A stretch of DNA of 64,000 nucleotides from Escherichia coli (GTDB lineage: Bacteria > Pseudomonadota > Gammaproteobacteria > Enterobacterales > Enterobacteriaceae). Numbering within the stretch: the stretch's first letter is position 1; each line of letters opens with the position of its first letter. The stretch lies in assembly GCF_013122565.1 (NCBI RefSeq), contig NZ_CP053258.1; one strand, given 5' to 3'. This document shows, one piece after another, positions 18,891-30,306 of this stretch. Under the pieces are notes generated by a model that saw nothing but the letters and a program-made list of their open reading frames with translations, was not told the DNA's origin and ran no database searches. Both the position numbers and the translations under genes were made by a program.

Positions 18891-19667
18891 ATGCTGATTC
18901 TTATTTCACCTGCGAAAACGCTTGATTACCAAAGCCCGTTGACCACCTCGCGCTATACGCTGCCGGAACTGTTAGACAATTCCCAGCAGTTGATCCATGA
19001 AGCGCGGAAACTGACGCCTCCGCAGATTAGCACGCTGATGCGCATCAGCGACAAACTGGCGGGTATCAACGCCGCTCGCTTTCATGACTGGCAGCCAGAT
19101 TTCACGCCGGAGAATGCCCGCCAGGCGATTCTGGCGTTTAAAGGTGATGTCTACACCGGCTTGCAGGCCGAAACCTTCAGCGAAGACGATTTCGATTTTG
19201 CCCAACAGCATTTGCGAATGCTTTCCGGCTTGTATGGCGTACTGCGCCCGCTCGATTTAATGCAGCCTTATCGTCTGGAAATGGGGATCCGTCTTGAGAA
19301 TGCCCGAGGGAAAGATCTGTATCAATTCTGGGGAGATATCATCACCAACAAGCTGAACGAGGCGCTCGCAGCACAAGGCGATAATGTGGTGATTAATCTG
19401 GCGTCAGATGAGTATTTTAAATCGGTGAAGCCGAAGAAATTGAATGCCGAGATTATCAAGCCGGTGTTCCTCGATGAGAAGAACGGCAAATTTAAGATCA
19501 TCAGCTTCTACGCTAAGAAAGCACGCGGTCTGATGAGTCGTTTCATTATTGAAAATCGGCTGACCAAACCAGAGCAACTGACTGGTTTTAATAGCGAAGG
19601 TTACTTCTTTGATGAAGCTTCCTCCAGCCATGGCGAACTGGTGTTTAAACGCTACGAGCAGCGTTAA
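18891..19667 (+). CDS. yaaA: Peroxide-stress protein YaaA (DUF328)
   Basis: 258 aa, [17 protein letters not shown].. Confidence 0.95.
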   Translation: MLILISPAKTLDYQSPLTTSRYTLPELLDNSQQLIHEARKLTPPQISTLMRISDKLAGINAARFHDWQPDFTPENARQAILAFKGDVYTGLQAETFSEDDFDFAQQHLRMLSGLYGVLRPLDLMQPYRLEMGIRLENARGKDLYQFWGDIITNKLNEALAAQGDNVVINLASDEYFKSVKPKKLNAEIIKPVFLDEKNGKFKIISFYAKKARGLMSRFIIENRLTKPEQLTGFNSEGYFFDEASSSHGELVFKRYEQR

Positions 19668-19680
19668 GTTTGTAGTCAAT

Positions 19681-19790
19681 GTCGGATGCGGCGTGAACAC
19701 CTTATCCGGCCTACAAAAGCATGCAGATTCAATATATTGCAGAATTCACGTAGGCCTGATAAGACGCGCCAGCGTCGCATCAGGCGCTGA
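19681..19790. repeat. REP/BIME element (two inverted REPs)
   Basis: GTCGGATGCGGCGTGAACACCTTATCCGGCCTAC and GTAGGCCTGATAAGACGCGCCAGCGTCGCATCAGGC are canonical REP sequences. Confidence 0.9.
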
Positions 19791-19819
19791 ATGGCGGACT
19801 GTTACCCGGCATTTGTTAT

Positions 19820-20119
19820 TTAGCGGTGATGTTTGCCTGGACCATTACCGCCGTGATGATCATGATGAGCTTTCTTATGGTGACGCGGCGGCGGTGGCGG
19901 CGGTCCGTGTGAGTGCCAGCGATTGCCTCGCCATTCATAATGTTGTTTCCACCAGCTGTGGTCGCGCCAGTGACCGCCATCCCAGTAATAGCCACGATTA
20001 TCACGATCGCCTATCTGTAATTTTACTGACGGGACTAACGTAATTTCCGCAGCCTGCGCTGCCATGGGAGCGACCAGAACCAGGGAAAGTGCGAGTACGA
20101 TAGATTGCATCTTTTTCAC
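19820..20119 (-). CDS. yaaX: Small secreted His/Pro/Trp-rich protein (DUF2502)
   Basis: 99 aa, signal peptide [23 protein letters not shown], contains [20 protein letters not shown]. Confidence 0.85.
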   Translation of the reverse strand: MKKMQSIVLALSLVLVAPMAAQAAEITLVPSVKLQIGDRDNRGYYWDGGHWRDHSWWKQHYEWRGNRWHSHGPPPPPPRHHKKAHHDHHGGNGPGKHHR

Positions 20120-20276
20120 AGGTTACTCCTTTTATCATTGCCCGTTATGGGTCGATATCCGGAGATTACGCGATGAGAACGGCGGTTGTTATTCTCCGCA
20201 ATCCTAATCTCTAAGTTACCGCATTTATTGAGAATTTCTCCTTTTTCCCTGTCGTTTCTCTCCATATTTTCTTCAC

Positions 20277-20309
20277 AAAAAAGCCGGGCTGCATAAAAGC
20301 AAACCCGGC
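20277..20309 (-). terminator. thr operon terminator
   Basis: Minus strand reads GCCGGG-tttgcttttatgca-GCCCGGC followed by TTTTTT. Stems are at 20283-20288 and 20304-20309, and the A-run is at 20277-20282 on the plus strand. Confidence 0.8.
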
Positions 20310-20332
20310 CTGATTGAGATAATGAATAGATG

Positions 20333-21619
20333 TTACTGATGATTCATCATCAATTTACGCAACGCAGCAAAATCGGCGGGCAGATTATGCGAAAGCAAGG
20401 GTAAATCGGCACGTTCTGCCAGCTCTTTTGGCAGATCCAACGTTTCACCGAGAATCGCTTCCACGCTCTCTTTAAATTTCGCCGGATGCGCGGTGCCGAG
20501 GAACAAGCCATATTCGCCTGGATTCAACTGGTCACGCAGCGCACGATACGCTACGGCAGCGTGCGGCTCCGAAGTGTAGCCCAGTTCTTTTAACTCACGC
20601 ATTGTCTGTTGCGTGGTTTCATCATCCACGGCTGCATAACCCAGCTCTTTCAGTTGCCAGATTTTGCGGCGGAACAATTCTTCCACACGCGGCCAGTTGT
20701 TCGGCTGGCTCACGTCCATCGCGTTGGATAACGTCGCCTGAGTCGCTTTGGGTGACCACTGACCGTCGTGCAGGAAACGTGGCACGGTATCGTTCACGTT
20801 GGTCGCAGCAATAAAACGTTTCACCGGCAGACCGAGTGACTTCGCCAGCAGACCCGCCGTCAAATCGCCGAAGTTTCCGCTTGGCACCGAGACAACCAGC
20901 TGGTTACGCGCTTCCTGCGGCAGCTGCGCAACAGCTTCAAAGTAATAGCAAATCTGCGCCAGCAAACGGCTGATGTTAATCGAGTTAGCTGAGTTTAACC
21001 CCAGCGCCACTTTCAGTTCTTCATCATCAAACGCCTGCTTCACCAGTGCCTGACAGGCATCGAAATCGCCGTCGATGGCAACAGTTTCGATATTGCCGCC
21101 CAATGTACAGAACAGTTTTTCTTGCAGTGGACTGATTTTGCCTCGTGGATAGAGGATAACCACTTTCACATTCGGTAAACCGTAGAAAGCATGAGCCACT
21201 GCCGCTCCGGTATCACCGGAGGTCGCGGTCAGAATGGTCACTGGCTTATCGCCCGCAATATGGGTCAGCATTTGTGCCATAAAGCGACCGCCGAAATCTT
21301 TAAATGCCAGCGTTGGCCCGTGAAACAATTCCAGACAACCGACATCGCTTTCAACATTAGCGACCGGAGCCGGGAAGGCAAACGCCACGCGCACGCGCTC
21401 TTCCAGGATTTCCTGCGGGATTTCATCACCAATAAACGCCGAGAGGATCTTCGCACTGCGGGTGACAAAATCCAGCTTCAGCATCTCATCAATTTCAGTC
21501 AGGCTGAATTCCGGCAGGTCGTGCGGAAAAAACAGCCCCTGATTTTTGCCCAACCCCTGGGTTACGGCTTGCGCAAAGCTGACCTGCTCATTGTGATCTT
21601 TAAGATTGTAGAGTTTCAT
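20333..21619 (-). CDS. thrC: Threonine synthase
   Basis: 428 aa, [32 protein letters not shown].. Confidence 0.98.
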
Positions 21620-22551
21620 TTAATTTCCAGTACTCGTGCGCCCGCCGTATCCAGCCGGCAAATATGAACAAAACCTTCCTGATTTTGCAGGTAGTTCTTA
21701 CCCAACCAGTCGGCAACGCGCTGGGCGGTATCCGGCTTGTCACACAGAGCGAACAAGGTCGGGCCGGAGCCGGAGATACCGCTCGCTACCGCGCCGATTT
21801 CCGCGACCGCCTGCCGCGCCTGCCGGAAGCCAGGCAGTAACCGTTCACGGTAGGGTTCTGCGATAACATCTTTCATCAGCTTCGCGGCAAGCTCAGGCTG
21901 ACGGGAATAGCAGGCGTGAATGAAGCCTGCCAGATGTCGCCCGTGCGCAATGCAATCCTGGCGGCGATACTGCGCCGGTAAAATAGCCCGGGCTTCTGCC
22001 GTCGAGACTTTAATCCCCGGATACGCCAGCACCCACAGCCACTCATCAAACCCTGGCACTTGCTGGCTGATGATGTCGTTTTCTTCGATCATCAACTGCA
22101 TACCACCAAGAAAACACGGTGCCACGTTGTCGTAATGAATGCTGCCGGAGATTCGTCCTTCCAGCTCGCCCATCAAAGCCAGCAAACGAGTGTCATTAAG
22201 CGGCTTGCCACAGTGTTCATTCATCGCCATCAGCGCCGCGACCACCGAACAGGCGCTGGAGCCTAAGCCCGAACCGATCGGCATATTCTTTTCCAGAGTC
22301 ATCGCCACTGGAATTTGCTTCCCAAGCTCCTGGCAAAAACGCTCCCAGCACTGATAAACGATATTTTCCCGTGGTTCTGACGGCAGCTTATCGGCAAAGC
22401 GTCCGAGGTTGTTGAGACTGAATGTCTCTGCCGCCTCAACCGTTACTACATCTCCGAGCAATGCACCATCAACGGGTGTCACCGCCGCCCCGAGCACATC
22501 AAACCCGACGCTCATATTGGCACTGGAAGCCGGGGCATAAACTTTAACCAT
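21616..22551 (-). CDS. thrB: Homoserine kinase
   Basis: 311 aa, [21 protein letters not shown]... The C-terminus here is ..ARVLEIK, and its TGA overlaps the thrC ATG (ATGA). Confidence 0.97.
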
Positions 22552-22552
22552 G

Positions 22553-25015
22553 TCAGACTCCTAACTTCCATGAGAGGGTACGTAGCAGATCGGCAAAGAC
22601 ACCGGCAGCTGTAACGTCATTGCCCGCACCATATCCGCGCAGCACCAACGGCAGCGGCTGATAATAGTGGCTATAGAAGGCCAGGGCGTTTTCGCCATTT
22701 TTCACTTTGAACAGCGGATCATTACCATCCACTTCGGCAATCTTCACGCGGCAGACGCCATCTTCATCAATATTGCCAACATAGCGCAAAACTTTTCCTT
22801 CATCACGGGCCTTCGCCACGCGCGCGGCAAAGAGCTCGTCGAGCTGTGACAGATTCGCCATAAAAGCGGCAACATCACCCTCGGCGTTAAACTCTGCGGG
22901 CAGCACAGGTTCAATTTCAATATCCGCCAGCTCCAGTTCACGTCCCGTTTCACGAGCGAGAATCAATAGTTTACGCGCCACATCCATACCAGAAAGATCA
23001 TCTCGCGGGTCCGGTTCGGTATAACCCATTTCCCGCGCCAGCGTGGTCGCCTCGGAGAAACTCATGCCTTCGTCTAACTTGCCGAAGATATAAGAAAGCG
23101 AACCTGAAAGAATGCCGGAGAACTTCATCAATTCATCACCAGCATTGAGCAGATTTTGCAGGTTCTCAATAACCGGTAATCCAGCCCCAACGTTGGTGTC
23201 ATAGAGGAATTTACGCCGCGATTTTTCCGCCGCATGACGCAACAGATGGTAGTAATCCATCGACGAGGTGTTGGCCTTTTTGTTCGGCGTGACAACGTGG
23301 AAACCTTCGCGCAAGAAGTCGGCATATTGATCCGCCACTGCCTGGCTGGAGGTGCAGTCAACAATGACCGGGTTCAGCAGATGATATTCTTTCACGAGGC
23401 GAATTAAGCGCCCGAGATTAAACGGCTCTTTGGCTTGCGCCAGTTCTTCCTGCCAGTTTTCCAGATTTAGGCCATGCACATTGGTGAGCAGTGCCTTCGA
23501 GTTGGCAACACCGCAGACACGTAAGTCGATATGTTTATTCTTCAGCCAGCTTTGTTGACGCTTCAGTTGCTCCAGCAGCGCACCGCCAACGCCACCGACG
23601 CCAATCACAAACACTTCGATAACCTGATCGGTATTGAACAGCATCTGATGAGTAACGCGCACGCCAGTGGTCGCATCATCGTTATTTACCACGACAGAGA
23701 TTGAGCGTTCAGAAGATCCCTGAGCAATAGCGACAATGTTGATATTGGCGCGGGCCAGCGCGGCAAAGAATTTCGCCGAGATCCCACGCAAGGTACGCAT
23801 ACCATCACCTACCACCGAGATAATGGCCAGCCGTTCCGTCACCGCCAGCGGCTCCAGTAAGCCTTCTTTCAGTTCCAGGTAGAACTCTTCCTGCATTGCC
23901 CGTTCAGCTCGCACACAGTCGCTTTGTGGAACGCAGAAACTGATACTGTATTCGGAAGATGATTGCGTAATCAGCACCACGGAAATACGGGCGCGTGACA
24001 TCGCTGCAAACACGCGCGCCGCCATGCCAACCATCCCTTTCATCCCCGGGCCGGAAACGCTGAACATTGCCATGTTATTCAGATTGGAAATGCCCTTGAC
24101 CGGTAATTCGTCTTCATCACGGCTGGCACCAATGAGCGTACCTGGTGCTTGAGGATTTCCGGTATTTTTAATCAGGCAAGGGATCTGGAACTGGGCGATG
24201 GGGGTAATGGTGCGGGGGTGAAGAACTTTAGCGCCGAAGTAGGAAAGCTCCATCGCTTCCTGGTAGGACATCGACTTCAACAACCTCGCATCGGGCACCT
24301 GACGCGGGTCGCAGGTATAGACCCCGTCAACGTCCGTCCAAATCTCGCAACAATCGGCGCGTAAACAGGCAGCCAGCACCGCCGCGGAGTAGTCGGAACC
24401 GTTACGTCCAAGCACCACCAGTTCGCCTTTTTCATTACCGGCGGTGAAACCTGCCATCAGCACCATGTGATCAGCCGGAATACGACTTGCCGCAATACGG
24501 CGGGTGGACTCTGCAATATCGACAGTAGATTCGAGGTAATGCCCCACTGCCAGCAGTTTTTCGACCGGATCGATAACGGTAACGTTGTGACCACGCGCTT
24601 CTAACACGCCGGCCATAATGGCGATCGACATTTTCTCGCCACGGCAAATCAGCGCAGCGTTAATGCTATCCGGGCACTGCCCCAATAAACTAATGCCATG
24701 CAGGACATGTTTTATTTGGGCAAATTCCTGGTCGACGAAAGTTTTCAATTGCGCCAGCGGGAATCCCGGCTGGGCGGCGGCGAGTCCCGTCAGAAGTTCG
24801 GCAAAAATACGTTCGGCATCGCTGATATTGGGTAAAGCATCCTGGCCGCTAATGGTTTTTTCAATCATCGCCACCAGGTGGTTGGTGATTTTGGCGGGGG
24901 CAGAGAGGACGGTGGCCACCTGCCCCTGCCTGGCATTGCTTTCCAGAATATCGGCAACCCGCAGAAAACGTTCTGCATTTGCCACTGATGTACCGCCGAA
25001 CTTCAACACTCGCAT
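22553..25015 (-). CDS. thrA: Aspartokinase I / homoserine dehydrogenase I
   Basis: 820 aa from [32 protein letters not shown]... The ORF-track start at 25057 lies upstream inside the attenuator and is rejected. Confidence 0.98.
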
Positions 25016-25041
25016 GGTTGTTACCTCGTTACCTTTGGTCG

Positions 25042-25071
25042 AAAAAAAAGCCCGCACTGTCAGGTGCGGGC
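25042..25071 (-). terminator. thr attenuator terminator
   Basis: Minus strand reads GCCCGCACCTGACAGTGCGGGC followed by a T8 run, between thrL and thrA. Confidence 0.9.
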
Positions 25072-25095
25072 TTTTTTCTGTGTTTCCTGTACGCG

Positions 25096-25164
<69 letters not shown>

Positions 25165-25374
25165 TGTTGTGTACTCTGTAATTTTTATCTGTCTGTGCGC
25201 TATGCCTATATTGGTTAAAGTATTTAGTGACCTAAGTCAATAAAATTTTAATTTACTCACGGCAGGTAACCAGTTCAGAAGCTGCTGTCAGAGACTCTTT
25301 TTTTAATCCACACAGAGACATATTGCCCGTTGCAGTCAGAATGAAAAGCTGAAAAATACTTACTAAGGCGTTTT

Positions 25375-26061
25375 TTATTTGGTGATATTTTTTTCAATAT
25401 CATGCAGCAAACGGTGCAACATTGCCGTGTCTCGTTGCTCTAAAAGCCCCAGGCGTTGTTGTAACCAGTCGACCAGTTTTATGTCATCTGCCACTGCCAG
25501 AGTCGTCAGCAGTGCCATGGCTCGTTCGCGTAAAGCTTGCAGTTGATGTTGGTCTGCCGTTGTGTCACTTTTCGTCGGTTGTTGTATTAATGTTGCTAAT
25601 TGATAGCAATAGACCATCACCGCCTGCCCCAGATTGAGCGAAGGATAATCCGCCACCATCGGCACACCAGTAAGAACGTCAGCCAACGCTAACTCTTCGT
25701 TAGTCAGCCCGGAATCTTCGCGACCAAACACCAGCGCGGCATGGCTCATCCATGAAGATTTTTCCTCTAACAGCGGCACCAGTTCTACTGGCGTAGCGTA
25801 GTAATGATATTTCGCCCGACTGCGCGCAGTGGTGGCGACAGTGAAATCGACATCGTGTAACGATTCAGCCAGCGTCGGGAAAACTTTAATATTATCAATA
25901 ATATCACCAGATCCATGTGCGACCCAGCGGGTGGCTGGCTCCAGATGTGCCTGACTATCGACAATCCGCAGTTCGCTAAAACCCATCGTTTTCATTGCCC
26001 GCGCCGCTGCCCCAATATTTTCTGCTCTGGCGGGTGCGACCAGAATAATCGTTATACGCAT
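25375..26061 (-). CDS. lasT: SpoU-family tRNA/rRNA methyltransferase
   Basis: 228 aa from MRITIILVAPARAENIGAAARAMKTMGF.. (YjtD/LasT). Confidence 0.93.
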   Translation of the reverse strand: MRITIILVAPARAENIGAAARAMKTMGFSELRIVDSQAHLEPATRWVAHGSGDIIDNIKVFPTLAESLHDVDFTVATTARSRAKYHYYATPVELVPLLEEKSSWMSHAALVFGREDSGLTNEELALADVLTGVPMVADYPSLNLGQAVMVYCYQLATLIQQPTKSDTTADQHQLQALRERAMALLTTLAVADDIKLVDWLQQRLGLLEQRDTAMLHRLLHDIEKNITK

Positions 26062-26460
26062 ATTGCCACTCTTCTTGACCAAATAACCGCGAACAGGGTG
26101 ATCACTGTCAACTTATTACGCGGTGCGAATTTACAAATTCTTAACGTAAGTCGCAGAAAAAGCCCTTTACTTAGCTTAAAAAAGGCTAAACTATTTCCTG
26201 ACTGTACTAACGGTTTAATTGTTAAAAAATGCTACATATCCTTCTGTTTACTTAGGATAATTTTATAAAAAATAAATCTCGACAATTGGATTCACCACGT
26301 TTATTAGTTGTATGATGCAACTAGTTGGATTATTAAAATAATGTGACGAAAGCTAGCATTTAGATACGATGATTTCATCAAACTGTTAACGTGCTACAAT
26401 TGAACTTGATATATGTCAACGAAGCGTAGTTTTATTGGGTGTCCGGCCCCTCTTAGCCTG

Positions 26461-26601
26461 TTATGTTGCTGTTAAAATGGTTAGGATGACAGCCGTTTTT
26501 GACACTGTCGGGTCCTGAGGGAAAGTACCCACGACCAAGCTAATGATGTTGTTGACGTTGATGGAAAGTGCATCAAGAACGCAATTACGTACTTTAGTCA
26601 T
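26461..26601 (-). CDS. yjjY: Small protein YjjY (46 aa)
   Basis: Found by hand because it is below the ORF-track cutoff: ATG at 26601 and stop at 26461-26463, product MTKVRNCVLDALSINVNNIISLVVGTFPQDPTVSKTAVILTILTAT. The position equals K-12 yjjY. Confidence 0.6.
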   Translation of the reverse strand: MTKVRNCVLDALSINVNNIISLVVGTFPQDPTVSKTAVILTILTAT

Positions 26602-26696
26602 GTTACGCCGATCATGTTAATTTGCAGCATGCATCAGGCAGGTCAGGGACTTTTGTACTTCCTGTTTCGATTTAGTTGGCAATTTAGGTAGCAAAC

Positions 26697-27413
26697 ATGC
26701 AGACCCCGCACATTCTTATCGTTGAAGACGAGTTGGTAACACGCAACACGTTGAAAAGTATTTTCGAAGCGGAAGGCTATGATGTTTTCGAAGCGACAGA
26801 TGGCGCGGAAATGCATCAGATCCTCTCTGAATATGACATCAACCTGGTGATCATGGATATCAATCTGCCGGGTAAGAACGGTCTTCTGTTAGCGCGTGAA
26901 CTGCGCGAGCAGGCGAATGTTGCGTTGATGTTCCTGACTGGCCGTGACAACGAAGTCGATAAAATTCTCGGCCTCGAAATCGGTGCAGATGACTACATCA
27001 CCAAACCGTTCAACCCGCGTGAACTGACGATTCGTGCACGCAACCTGCTGTCCCGTACCATGAATCTGGGTACTGTCAGCGAAGAACGTCGTAGCGTTGA
27101 AAGCTACAAGTTCAATGGTTGGGAACTGGACATCAACAGCCGTTCGTTGATCGGCCCTGATGGCGAGCAGTACAAGCTGCCGCGCAGCGAGTTCCGCGCC
27201 ATGCTTCACTTCTGCGAAAACCCAGGCAAAATTCAGTCTCGTGCTGAACTGCTGAAGAAAATGACCGGCCGTGAGCTGAAACCGCACGACCGTACTGTAG
27301 ACGTGACGATCCGCCGTATTCGTAAACATTTCGAATCTACGCCGGATACGCCGGAAATCATCGCCACCATTCACGGTGAAGGTTATCGCTTCTGCGGTGA
27401 TCTGGAAGATTAA
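26697..27413 (+). CDS. arcA: Aerobic respiration control response regulator
   Basis: 238 aa, [33 protein letters not shown].. Confidence 0.99.
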
Positions 27414-27430
27414 TCGGCTTTACCACCGTC

Positions 27431-27465
27431 AAAAAAACGGCGCTTTTTAGCGCCGTTTTTATTTT
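27431..27465. terminator. Bidirectional terminator between arcA and creD
   Basis: A7-CGGCGC-TTTTTA-GCGCCG-T5ATTTTT. The stem is flanked by an A-run and a T-run. Confidence 0.8.
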
Positions 27466-27471
27466 TCAACC

Positions 27472-28824
27472 TTATTTCCAGATACGTAATTCATCGTCCG
27501 TTGTAACTTCTTTACTGGCTTTCATTTTCGGCAGTGAAAACGCATACCAGTCGATATTACGCGTCACAAACATCATGCCGGCCAGCGCCACCACCAGCAC
27601 ACTGGTTCCCAACAACAGCGCGCTATCGGCAGAGTTGAGCAGTCCCCACATCACACCATCCAGCAACAACAGCGCGAGCGTAAACAACATGCTGTTGCGC
27701 CAGCCTTTCAATACCGCCTGCAAATAAACACCGTTCATTAACGCCCCAATCAGACTGGCGATTATCCATGCCACGGTAAAACCGGTATGTTCAGAAAGCG
27801 CCAGCAAGAGCAAATAAAACATCACTAATGAAAGCCCCACCAGTAAATATTGCATTGGGTGTAAACGTTGCGCGGTGAGCGTTTCAAAAACAAAGAATGC
27901 CATAAAAGTCAGCGCAATCAGAAGAATGGCGTACTTAGTCGCCCGGTCCGTTAATTGGTATTGATCGGCTGGCGTCGTCACTGCGACGCTAAACGCCGGG
28001 AAGTTTTCCCAGCCGGTATCATTGCCTGAAGCAAAACGCTCACCGAGATTATTAGCAAACCAGCTGCTTTGCCATTGCGCCTGAAAACCTGACTCACTAA
28101 CTTCCCGTTTGGCTGGTAGAAAATCACCTAAAAAACTGGGATGCGGCCAGTTGCTGGTTAAGGTCATTTCGCTATTACGCCCCGCAGGCACCACAGAAAG
28201 ATCGCCGGTACCGCTTAAATTCAGTGCCATATTCAGCTTCAGGCTCTGCTTCCGCCAGTCCCCTTCGGGTAAAGGGATATGCACGCCCTGCCCGCCTTGC
28301 TCTAACCCGGTGCCGGGTTCAATGGTCAGCGCCGTTCCGTTAACTTCAGGCGCTTTCACCACACCAATACCACGCGCATCCCCGACGCTAATCACGATAA
28401 ATGGCTTGCCTAAGGTGATATTTGGCGCGTCGAGTTCGCTAAGACGCGAAACATCGAAATCGGCTTTTAGCGTTAAATCACTGTGCCAGACCTGACCGGT
28501 ATAAATCCCAATCTTGCGTTCTTCCACGTTCTGATTGCCATCAACCATCAATGACTCAGGTAACCAAAAATGGATAAAACTTCGTTTCCGCTCCACGGTT
28601 TTATCCTCTTCCTGCACCGTATAAAGCTCGGTCACAGGAATAGCGATAAGCGGCCCAACGAGTTTTTGCGGCCCGCTGGTACTTTGGCGAATCGCATCTT
28701 CCACATCGCTACGGTAATCGGCACGTTCGACAATCACCTGCCGAATCAGCATTATCGGAATCAACAACAGCAATACTGCACCAAACAGGGTGGTCATTTT
28801 CCAGAACAGGGGGGATTTCAACAT
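27472..28824 (-). CDS. creD: Inner-membrane protein CreD
   Basis: 450 aa. Sequence and position match K-12 creD. Confidence 0.95.
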   Translation of the reverse strand: MLKSPLFWKMTTLFGAVLLLLIPIMLIRQVIVERADYRSDVEDAIRQSTSGPQKLVGPLIAIPVTELYTVQEEDKTVERKRSFIHFWLPESLMVDGNQNVEERKIGIYTGQVWHSDLTLKADFDVSRLSELDAPNITLGKPFIVISVGDARGIGVVKAPEVNGTALTIEPGTGLEQGGQGVHIPLPEGDWRKQSLKLNMALNLSGTGDLSVVPAGRNSEMTLTSNWPHPSFLGDFLPAKREVSESGFQAQWQSSWFANNLGERFASGNDTGWENFPAFSVAVTTPADQYQLTDRATKYAILLIALTFMAFFVFETLTAQRLHPMQYLLVGLSLVMFYLLLLALSEHTGFTVAWIIASLIGALMNGVYLQAVLKGWRNSMLFTLALLLLDGVMWGLLNSADSALLLGTSVLVVALAGMMFVTRNIDWYAFSLPKMKASKEVTTDDELRIWK

Positions 28825-28881
28825 AGTCTTCTCCTTTGCAATGGCAGCAGGATACGAAGGCTATGTGGAAAGAATTTGAAG

Positions 28882-30306
28882 CTATGTGAAGTGACGGTGA
28901 AGTCGAAGCGAGGCCAGCACGCCACCGTCCTGCACGTTGCGCAGAGTGACTTCGCCGTTAAACAAACGGGCGACCTCACTGACGAACGCCAACCCCAGAC
29001 CGCTGCTTTTTTGCCCATTTGCACGCGGCAAAGAGTAAAAGCGTTCAAAAATACGTGACAGCGCGTAGTCAGGAATACCACTACCGGTATCCAGCACCTT
29101 AAGCGTGACGTGTTCATGATCCACTTCGGCGCTTAGCGTGATGCAACCGCTCTCGGGAGTAAAATCGATGGCGTTATCCAGTAAATTCCCCAGCGCCTGC
29201 TCCAGTAACGCCGGTTCAGCAGCAACGTTAACCTCAGTAGGCATAACATGCAAAGTGATGTTTTTTTCTGCCAATTGCACGGTGCGCGCTTCGCTGACGC
29301 GGCGAAATAATGCCGCCACATCAACAGCAGTCAGAACGACTTCCTGACGATTCTCCAGTCTTGCCTGGCGTAGTAACGTTTCCACCAGCGCCTGCATTCG
29401 CGCATTTTGCGTCAGAATGTTGTCAGTAAAACGAGCCACCACTTCCGGCGGCGGACCTTCGCGTAAAATTTCCGCCGCGCCACGAATCGCCGCCAGTGGG
29501 CTTTTTAGCTCATGAGTTAACGCATAAACATATTGCTCAATATAGTTTTTCCCCTCCAGCTTCACGCGCATACTTTCCAGCGCCTGCGCGAGTTTACGCA
29601 GCTCGCTACTGCCGAGTTCAGGAAGAGGAACGGGCTTATTGTCAGTGACGGAATCAGCATAGCGAGTGAGCCGGGCAATGGAGCGGTTGATCCACCAAAC
29701 CATGCCTGCGCCAATCACCAGTGCAATCCCCAACAAAATGGCGCTGGCCCATAAAATTCGCCGCTCGCTACGCTTTATGACCGGAGCCATCGCCGCGTTC
29801 GGTTTGCCTACGCTCAAAACGCCAATAAGCCGCGAGCCGTCCATAATCGGCGCGGCAACATACATCACCGAACTTTCGGGATCGGCAGGATTTTGCAACG
29901 TGCTGCGCGCACCATACTGACCACGCAACGTTAGCCAGACGTCATTCCAGCGCGAATAATCCTGTCCAACGGCTTTATTTGCCGAATCGAACAATACTTT
30001 GCCCTGCGCATCGGTCATATAGACATGATATTCATTGCGCACTTTGTTAATGCCACCGATATTGGCGCGAAACGGGCGATGTTGTAGCTGATTAAACGCC
30101 TGCGCCAGTTGCCCATGCGTTGGGTCCCCAGAGAGCAAATCGGGACGCGCCAGCTCCGCCAGCAACGTTGCGGTGTCGATTAACGTCCCCTCCGTTGCTC
30201 TTCGCACGCCCGGTTTAACTTCTTTGACAAAAATTGCCAGTACGAACCAGGCTGCCACCGCCACCAGTAAAAAATAGCCCAGCAACAACCGCATGCCGAT
30301 ACGCAT
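28882..30306 (-). CDS. creC: Sensor histidine kinase CreC
   Basis: 474 aa with HAMP, the H-box ALTHELKSPLAAI and an ATPase domain. It overlaps creB by 1 nt. Confidence 0.96.
   Translation of the reverse strand: MRIGMRLLLGYFLLVAVAAWFVLAIFVKEVKPGVRRATEGTLIDTATLLAELARPDLLSGDPTHGQLAQAFNQLQHRPFRANIGGINKVRNEYHVYMTDAQGKVLFDSANKAVGQDYSRWNDVWLTLRGQYGARSTLQNPADPESSVMYVAAPIMDGSRLIGVLSVGKPNAAMAPVIKRSERRILWASAILLGIALVIGAGMVWWINRSIARLTRYADSVTDNKPVPLPELGSSELRKLAQALESMRVKLEGKNYIEQYVYALTHELKSPLAAIRGAAEILREGPPPEVVARFTDNILTQNARMQALVETLLRQARLENRQEVVLTAVDVAALFRRVSEARTVQLAEKNITLHVMPTEVNVAAEPALLEQALGNLLDNAIDFTPESGCITLSAEVDHEHVTLKVLDTGSGIPDYALSRIFERFYSLPRANGQKSSGLGLAFVSEVARLFNGEVTLRNVQDGGVLASLRLHRHFT

Noticed and set aside
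25015-25057. N-terminal extensions offered by the ORF track for thrA (25057), talB (17175), serB (42437), dnaJ (11212), osmY (54648), prfC (56579), deoA (48013), deoC (48825), slt (36300), radA (41330), nadR (39900), yjjZ (60070) and yjjP (62841).
   Set aside because: In each case the recognised protein N-terminus, with a proper SD, lies downstream. The extensions cross attenuators, promoters or neighbouring genes.
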